Of a stretch of DNA of 32,269 nt, positions 27,542 to 32,269 are shown piece after piece. This stretch comes from an uncultured Clostridia bacterium (lineage in GTDB: Bacteria; Bacillota; Clostridia; Christensenellales; UBA1242). The stretch spans positions 1 to 32,269 of the forward strand of contig CANQCE010000002.1 of NCBI GenBank assembly GCA_947589655.1. Reading direction: 5' to 3'. Position 1 is the first letter of the stretch. Every line of letters starts with the position of its first letter. The position numbers and the translations under genes were made by a program. A model generated the notes under the pieces. The model saw nothing but the letters and a program-made list of their open reading frames with translations, searched no databases and had not been told where the DNA came from.

Positions 27542-29031
27542 TTTTTTATAAGAACACCAAAAAATTTAAGCCAATTTCTAAAAAAGACCTTGTTTTTTCC
27601 ATTTTTAATCAGGGGATAGTTTCTGGAGAAGATGATTCTGTTACAAAACCTACACAATGCAAATGTTACTTCAATCTTTCTGTTGCAGACGGTGCTTTAA
27701 AAAATGGTTTGGGCTTTGAGGACTTTCAAGTTCCAGCATCTTTGGACAACCTTGAAAACTGTCATGGATACGATTTTGCTTCAAAAATTGATGAAATTGA
27801 TGCCATTTGGTTTGACAGGTGGTTCAGCGTGGAGGATGGGCAGTATTATTATCAGATGATGCTGATGGATTCTGCTTTTAAAATTTTTAGCGTGCCACTT
27901 TTGGACCAATATAATGGCATGGTTTGGAGTAGGAGTAGCAAGGTGCAAAGTAAGCCGTTGTTTGTTTGCCAATATCGCATTGAAAATGACGACTGCACAT
28001 TGTTTTTTACCAAAGAAGGCATGATAAGGCTGGGCACTGAAAGTGAGGGCTTTTATGATAAAGTTCCGCCATTGATTTCTTGTGTTGTGCACTACGACAA
28101 CTTTTTTGGAGTGACAAACACAAACCGAAACACACTTATTTATACAAAAAATCTTAATTTAAAAAACTGGTCGGACGAGGAGAGTTCCACTATTGAATTT
28201 TTGGATAACCGTGGGGCTTTTACAAAACTTGTTGCGTTCAACGATTATGTATATTTATTCAGAGAAAATGGGATAACAAGAATTTCTCTTTATACTAACA
28301 AAAGCGATTTTTCTTTCACTCATCTGTTCACTTCGCCGTCAAAAATCTATGAAAATTCCATTTGCGTTTGTGGCGACAAGGTGCTTTTTGTTACCAGAGA
28401 TGGACTTTATGCGTTTAACGGAAATTCCGTGGCAAAAGTGGCGGAAAATTTAAACTCACTTTTGCAAAATTTGGACAACACAAATTGTTCGGCGGCGTGC
28501 CTTGATGGAAAATATTATTTGGCGACCAAATGCAACTTTTCAGACGGCAGGCAAGTTGGCTGTGAGGAAGGCGAGTTTTTAAATAACGTTTTATTTCAAT
28601 TTGATATTAACACCTTTGATGCCGAAATTTTAAGAGGTGTGGATATTGTTAACGTTTTGGCAATTGATACGCCATATTTAAGCAAACTTTGCGCATGCTT
28701 CCGTGGGGAAAACAAACAACGCGTTGGGCAACTTGTGCACAATGGAAAGGTTTTTGAAAATTCCAATTTAAAAATTTGGAGTTCGTTCAAAACCGATTTG
28801 GAATATGCCAATAGACGCAAAAAAATTAAGGAGATAATCTTGACAACGGCGCATGATGTTTCTGTGGAAATTATCAGTGACGAGGAAGAAAAAACCTATC
28901 AGTTCAAAGGCAGTGAAAAACAGCAAAGATTGCCTATTTCTGTTGAAGGAAAAACCTTTCAATTTATCTTTAAAACCGATGCAGAGGGCATTGACCTTAA
29001 AAAGCCAACAATCATTTTTAATGTGGCGTAA
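27532..29031 (+). CDS. Putative tail-hub/nozzle-like structural protein (499 aa)
   Basis: ATG overlaps the upstream stop. Beta-rich, repeat-like blocks (FFGVTNTNRNTLIYT, YVYLFRENGITRISL, KVLFVTRDGLYAFNG, GKYYLATK). Position is equivalent to P22 gp10. The function is inferred. Confidence 0.45.
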   Translation: MAMIFYKNTKKFKPISKKDLVFSIFNQGIVSGEDDSVTKPTQCKCYFNLSVADGALKNGLGFEDFQVPASLDNLENCHGYDFASKIDEIDAIWFDRWFSVEDGQYYYQMMLMDSAFKIFSVPLLDQYNGMVWSRSSKVQSKPLFVCQYRIENDDCTLFFTKEGMIRLGTESEGFYDKVPPLISCVVHYDNFFGVTNTNRNTLIYTKNLNLKNWSDEESSTIEFLDNRGAFTKLVAFNDYVYLFRENGITRISLYTNKSDFSFTHLFTSPSKIYENSICVCGDKVLFVTRDGLYAFNGNSVAKVAENLNSLLQNLDNTNCSAACLDGKYYLATKCNFSDGRQVGCEEGEFLNNVLFQFDINTFDAEILRGVDIVNVLAIDTPYLSKLCACFRGENKQRVGQLVHNGKVFENSNLKIWSSFKTDLEYANRRKKIKEIILTTAHDVSVEIISDEEEKTYQFKGSEKQQRLPISVEGKTFQFIFKTDAEGIDLKKPTIIFNVA

Positions 29032-29138
29032 ATGAAAGTTTTATTTTTTGATAAAACAAAATTTTTTCGCAAGGCGCATTTTTATAAAAGCGGAGATTTT
29101 TCTGCCATTAGAGCTCTGCTTTTTGAAGGGGAATAAAA

Positions 29139-29369
29139 ATGGATTTTTGGAAAGAGGTTATAAGCATAGTTGTCAGCAATGGTGTGTTTGCTGTGCTTTT
29201 TGTTTTACTATTTTTCTATCAACTGAAAGACAGCCGAAACCGAGAGGAAAAATATCAGCAAACCATAGAGCAACTTACAACTCATCTGCAGATTTTGGAA
29301 GATGTAAAGGAAGATTTAACAGATATAAAGGAAATTTTAAAAATTAACAGCGATGAAAAATTTTTTTAA
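29139..29369 (+). CDS. BhlA/UviB-family holin-like peptide
   Basis: GVFAVLFVLLFFYQLKDSRNREEKYQQTIEQL parallels B. subtilis BhlA GPFAVLFCWLLFYVMKTSKERESKLYNQI as I recall it. Single N-terminal TM plus a coiled coil. GAAGGGG SD. Confidence 0.8.
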   Translation: MDFWKEVISIVVSNGVFAVLFVLLFFYQLKDSRNREEKYQQTIEQLTTHLQILEDVKEDLTDIKEILKINSDEKFF

Positions 29370-29592
29370 CAAATTTAAAACTTACAGTTTTTGGGTGAGT
29401 TTGTCTTCTGCTGTTGTGCTGCTTATAAACAGTATTGGCAGAATTTTTGGGTTTACAATTGAAAACCAACTTGTTGAAGATTTAATCCTTTCTTTTGCAG
29501 GAGTTTTGCTGGTTCTGGGCATTGTGACAATGAACAGCGGCAACAAAGACGATGGCGAAGATGACAATGATGACGAAGGTCAGGATGAATAA
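29353..29592 (+). CDS. Putative two-TM holin (SPP1/XhlB-like) with an acidic tail
   Basis: 79 aa, TM helices FWVSLSSAVVLLINSIG and LILSFAGVLLVLGIVTM. Overlaps the bhlA-like gene by 17 nt. C-terminus is DDGEDDNDDEGQDE. Confidence 0.55.
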   Translation: MKNFFNKFKTYSFWVSLSSAVVLLINSIGRIFGFTIENQLVEDLILSFAGVLLVLGIVTMNSGNKDDGEDDNDDEGQDE

Positions 29593-29630
29593 AAATAAGA
29601 TAAAATGTATAAACATGCATAGAAAAAATA

Positions 29631-29666
29631 AAAGGACCGCAGAGAATTTTCTGCGGTCTTTTTTTA
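29631..29666 (+). terminator. Rho-independent terminator closing the phage-derived operon
   Basis: GACCGCAG (29635-29642) pairs with CTGCGGTC (29651-29658), followed by a T7 run. Confidence 0.75.
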
Positions 29667-29749
29667 TTGGTTTTTGCCCAAAATGAGTTAAATTTTGCCT
29701 AAAAATTATTCTAAAAGCCCTATATTTTTTAAATTTTTATGAAAAACCC

Positions 29750-29778
29750 TTGAAAAGTGTAAAGAATTATGCTATTAT
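29750..29778 (+). promoter_or_regulatory. Extended -10 promoter for the membrane protein-polA unit
   Basis: TTGAAA (29750-29755), 17-nt spacer including TGc, then TATTAT (29773-29778). Confidence 0.55.
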
Positions 29779-29800
29779 ATAAACATAAAGGGAGGAAATT

Positions 29801-30148
29801 ATGAAGAAAACAATTTACACAATTCTTTCGATAGTTTCAATTGCATATATTGTCTTCTTGGTGCTGGATGTGCTAAGAGACCATGGCGGATGGACTCCAA
29901 ATTTGGGCTGGTTTGAAGATTGGTTCGATTTTATTGTTCGCTTTGGTGGCATTGCAATCATTTTCTGCTTTGCACTTGTGAACTTTACAGGCAACCCTCT
30001 TAAAACAGTGTTCTTCATTTTGCTTATTTTGGCAATTGTTTGCTATGTTATCGTGCTTATTGTTCCTGATTTCTTCAGCAACATTTTCAGCAAAAAGGAA
30101 GAAACTGAGGCCGCTATAACACTTATAAGGGCGTTTGTCCTTAAATAA
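29801..30148 (+). CDS. Small polytopic membrane protein (115 aa)
   Basis: AAGGGAGGA SD and three to four hydrophobic helices. Lies immediately upstream of polA. Confidence 0.6.
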   Translation: MKKTIYTILSIVSIAYIVFLVLDVLRDHGGWTPNLGWFEDWFDFIVRFGGIAIIFCFALVNFTGNPLKTVFFILLILAIVCYVIVLIVPDFFSNIFSKKEETEAAITLIRAFVLK

Positions 30149-30162
30149 TTTGGGTGCTTTGG

Positions 30163-32269
30163 GTGGATAAGTTTGTTATAATTGATGGAAATAGTTTGGC
30201 GAATAGGGCATTTTACGCAATGCCCTATTTATCTAATAGAAACAAGCAGCCTTCTGGGGCTGTTTTCGGCTTTGCCAATCTGCTTGTAAAGCTAATTGTT
30301 GAACAACATCCCAAGTTTTTGGCAGTTGCCTTTGACCATGCACGTAGAACCTTTCGTAACGATGTTTTTGATGCTTACAAGGCAAAAAGAAAGGAAACTC
30401 CGCCAGATTTGGTGGCACAATTTCCTGTTATAAAGCAGATGCTTGAAATTATGGGCATAAAAACATTTGAGGTTGAGGGGATTGAGGCAGACGATATCAT
30501 TGGAACGCTGGCAAAAACGTCTGGGGTTCAAAATGTTTTGGTGTCTGGCGATAGGGACTTGCTGCAACTTATAGACAAAAACACCACGGTTTGGCTGACA
30601 AAAAAAGGTGTTACAGATGTTGAAAAATATGATGAGGAAGCCTTGTATGAAAAATTGGGCTTAAAGCCGTGGGGGATTATTGAACTGAAAAGCCTTATGG
30701 GCGATGCTTCCGATAATATCCCCGGAGTTCTGGGCGTTGGAGAAAAAACTGCGCTTACACTTTTGCACGAATATGATTCGCTTGACGGAGTTTATCAGAA
30801 TATAGGCCAAATTGGTGGCAAACTGAAAGAGAAACTTGAAAGCGGCAAAGATAGTGCGTATATGTCCAAAACATTGGCGACAATTAAAACTGATTGTCAG
30901 TTTGAACATGAGCTTTCAAGTTGCACATATACGTTCCCATTTACGCAAAATGTGAGAGACTTTTTTGAGCAGTGGGATTTTAGAAGTTTGGTTGGCAGAA
31001 AAGATATTTTTGATGTGGGCGTGCGCTCTACAAAAGAAGAAGTTAAAAGAATCTGCCTTGAAAATTTGCAGCAAATTGAGGACTTTGCCAAAAAAGTTTC
31101 ACATTATTTCAGTTATGATGTTGATAAGCTTGAATTTTCTATAAATGGCAGCGAAATTTATTATATAAAAAGGGAACAAGACTTTTTTTCAACGCCGATA
31201 TCCTTGCCGCAAGTTCTAGAAATTTTAAAGCCAATTTTTGAGAATCCGCAAGTTTTAAAACTGACAAATTCATCTAAAAATGACACAAAAATTTTAAAAG
31301 CGCAGGGCATTACGCTAAATAACTTTTTTGACGTTGAAATTGCCAGATATGTTCTGTATGCAGGCCTCCCTAAACTGCCGTTTGCAAATGTAAGCGATTT
31401 TATCTCTTTAAAAGCGGATTTAGAGCAAAAAATGAAAGATGCTGGCGTGGAGAACATTTATAATCAAGTGGAAATTCCTCTGGTTAAAGTGCTGGCAGAC
31501 ATGGAAATGCAGGGGTTTAAAATTGACGAGCCAGTTTTAGATGTTTTGGCGGAAAAAGAGCGGCAGGAACTTGAACAGTTGACGAAAGAAATATATGCCC
31601 TTGCAGGCGAGGAATTTAACATTAACTCTCCAAAGCAGGTGGCAAGCATTTTGTTTGATAAACTTGGTCTAAAAGCCTTTAACAACAAAAAACAATCCAC
31701 CAATTTTGCTGTGCTTGACGATATTCGCTGGCAGCATGATATTGTTGAACTTATCATTTCGCATAGGAAAGTTAGCAAAATGATAAGCACATATATAAAT
31801 GTTTATAAGAAAATTTGCGAAACTTCTGGCCCAGTTGTGCACACAATTTTCAACCAAACACTCACTTCAACGGGCAGGCTTTCAAGTAGCGAGCCAAATA
31901 TGCAAAACATTCCAACTCGTGACGAAGAAGGCAGGGCACTGCGAAAGATTTTTATTTCAAAATTCGAGGGCGGAAAAATTATATCTGCCGACTATAATCA
32001 AATTGAGCTGCGTCTGCTTGCCAACTTGGCAAATGAAGAAAGCATGCTGCACGCTTATAAAAATGGGGTGGACATCCACACAAAAACAGCCAGCGAAATT
32101 TTTGGCGTGCCAGTTCAGGAGGTTACCAAAGAGCAGAGGCGAGATGCTAAAGCCGTAAATTTTGGAATTATTTATGGCATAAGCGATTTTGGATTGTCGC
32201 AAAACATAAAAACATCTAAATATAAAGCGAAAACTTATATAGAAAATTATTTTTCGCGTTATCCGCGCA
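30163..32269 (+). CDS. polA: DNA polymerase I (3' end outside the window)
   Basis: Not in the ORF track because no stop falls in the window. My own translation from GTG 30163 (alternative GTG 30154) is open to the window edge. 5'-nuclease motifs FVIIDGNSLANRAFYA and EADDIIGTLAK. Polymerase motifs TSTGRLSSSEPNMQNIP, ISADYNQIELRLLA and RRDAKAVNFGIIYGIS. The central 3'-5' exo region is short and lacks an obvious DxE motif. Confidence 0.92.
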   Translation, partial: MDKFVIIDGNSLANRAFYAMPYLSNRNKQPSGAVFGFANLLVKLIVEQHPKFLAVAFDHARRTFRNDVFDAYKAKRKETPPDLVAQFPVIKQMLEIMGIKTFEVEGIEADDIIGTLAKTSGVQNVLVSGDRDLLQLIDKNTTVWLTKKGVTDVEKYDEEALYEKLGLKPWGIIELKSLMGDASDNIPGVLGVGEKTALTLLHEYDSLDGVYQNIGQIGGKLKEKLESGKDSAYMSKTLATIKTDCQFEHELSSCTYTFPFTQNVRDFFEQWDFRSLVGRKDIFDVGVRSTKEEVKRICLENLQQIEDFAKKVSHYFSYDVDKLEFSINGSEIYYIKREQDFFSTPISLPQVLEILKPIFENPQVLKLTNSSKNDTKILKAQGITLNNFFDVEIARYVLYAGLPKLPFANVSDFISLKADLEQKMKDAGVENIYNQVEIPLVKVLADMEMQGFKIDEPVLDVLAEKERQELEQLTKEIYALAGEEFNINSPKQVASILFDKLGLKAFNNKKQSTNFAVLDDIRWQHDIVELIISHRKVSKMISTYINVYKKICETSGPVVHTIFNQTLTSTGRLSSSEPNMQNIPTRDEEGRALRKIFISKFEGGKIISADYNQIELRLLANLANEESMLHAYKNGVDIHTKTASEIFGVPVQEVTKEQRRDAKAVNFGIIYGISDFGLSQNIKTSKYKAKTYIENYFSRYPR

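Larger units (their letters stand above)
22420..29666 (+). mobile_element. Phage-derived head/packaging/neck/holin operon (prophage remnant or domesticated particle module); no integrase or tail genes recognised
   Basis: Ten co-directional genes with overlapping or abutting stop/start codons, bounded by the promoter at 22420-22448 and the terminator at 29631-29666. Portal, scaffold, capsid and holin signatures are described under the individual CDSs. Confidence 0.7.

Noticed and set aside
29048-29347. 99-aa ORF spanning the gap before, and overlapping, the bhlA-like gene
   Set aside because: It is in a different frame from the strongly supported BhlA-like CDS, uses a non-ATG start without an SD, and has a Cys/Phe-rich nonsense-like sequence.
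31080-31450. Degenerate 3'-5' exonuclease region of PolA as a novelty
   Set aside because: Loss of the DxE exo motifs and a shortened exo domain are well known in many Firmicutes and Thermus Pol I enzymes, so this is not unusual.

Overview
Chromosomal window from a low-GC, Firmicutes/Clostridia-like bacterium, judged from AGGAGG-type Shine-Dalgarno sites, TTGACA/TATAAT-type promoters, hairpin+T-run terminators and frequent GTG/TTG starts. Core genes (scpB, an M50 site-2 protease, mnmA, murA, an ftsQ/divIB-like gene, rarA, polA) are interleaved with accessory genes. These include a HAMP/class-III cyclase, a BspA-type LRR protein, a TM2 protein, a lipoyl-less E2-like acyltransferase, a GLUG surface protein, a YkvI-like membrane protein and an ABC importer without a binding protein. 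The most notable feature is a tightly packed phage-derived operon at about 22.42-29.67 kb. It encodes a terS-like protein, a Cys-rich protein, portal, scaffold, major capsid, two small proteins, a 499-aa hub-like protein, a BhlA/UviB-like peptide and an SPP1/XhlB-like holin. Its large terminase (15285-16715) sits 5.7 kb away behind cellular-type genes, and a sigma-region-4-like regulator lies at 13886-14413. I could not recognise an integrase, replication genes, tail tube/tape-measure/fibre genes, an endolysin or att repeats. Possible readings are a domesticated GTA-like or capsid-forming-island-like particle system, or a decayed podophage. The portal gene also carries a 63-bp in-frame insertion flanked by 14-bp direct repeats, and its antisense translation reproduces a Mur-ligase (MurE-type) motif. 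No tRNA, rRNA or CRISPR array was seen. All functional calls come from motif recognition by eye; no database search was run.
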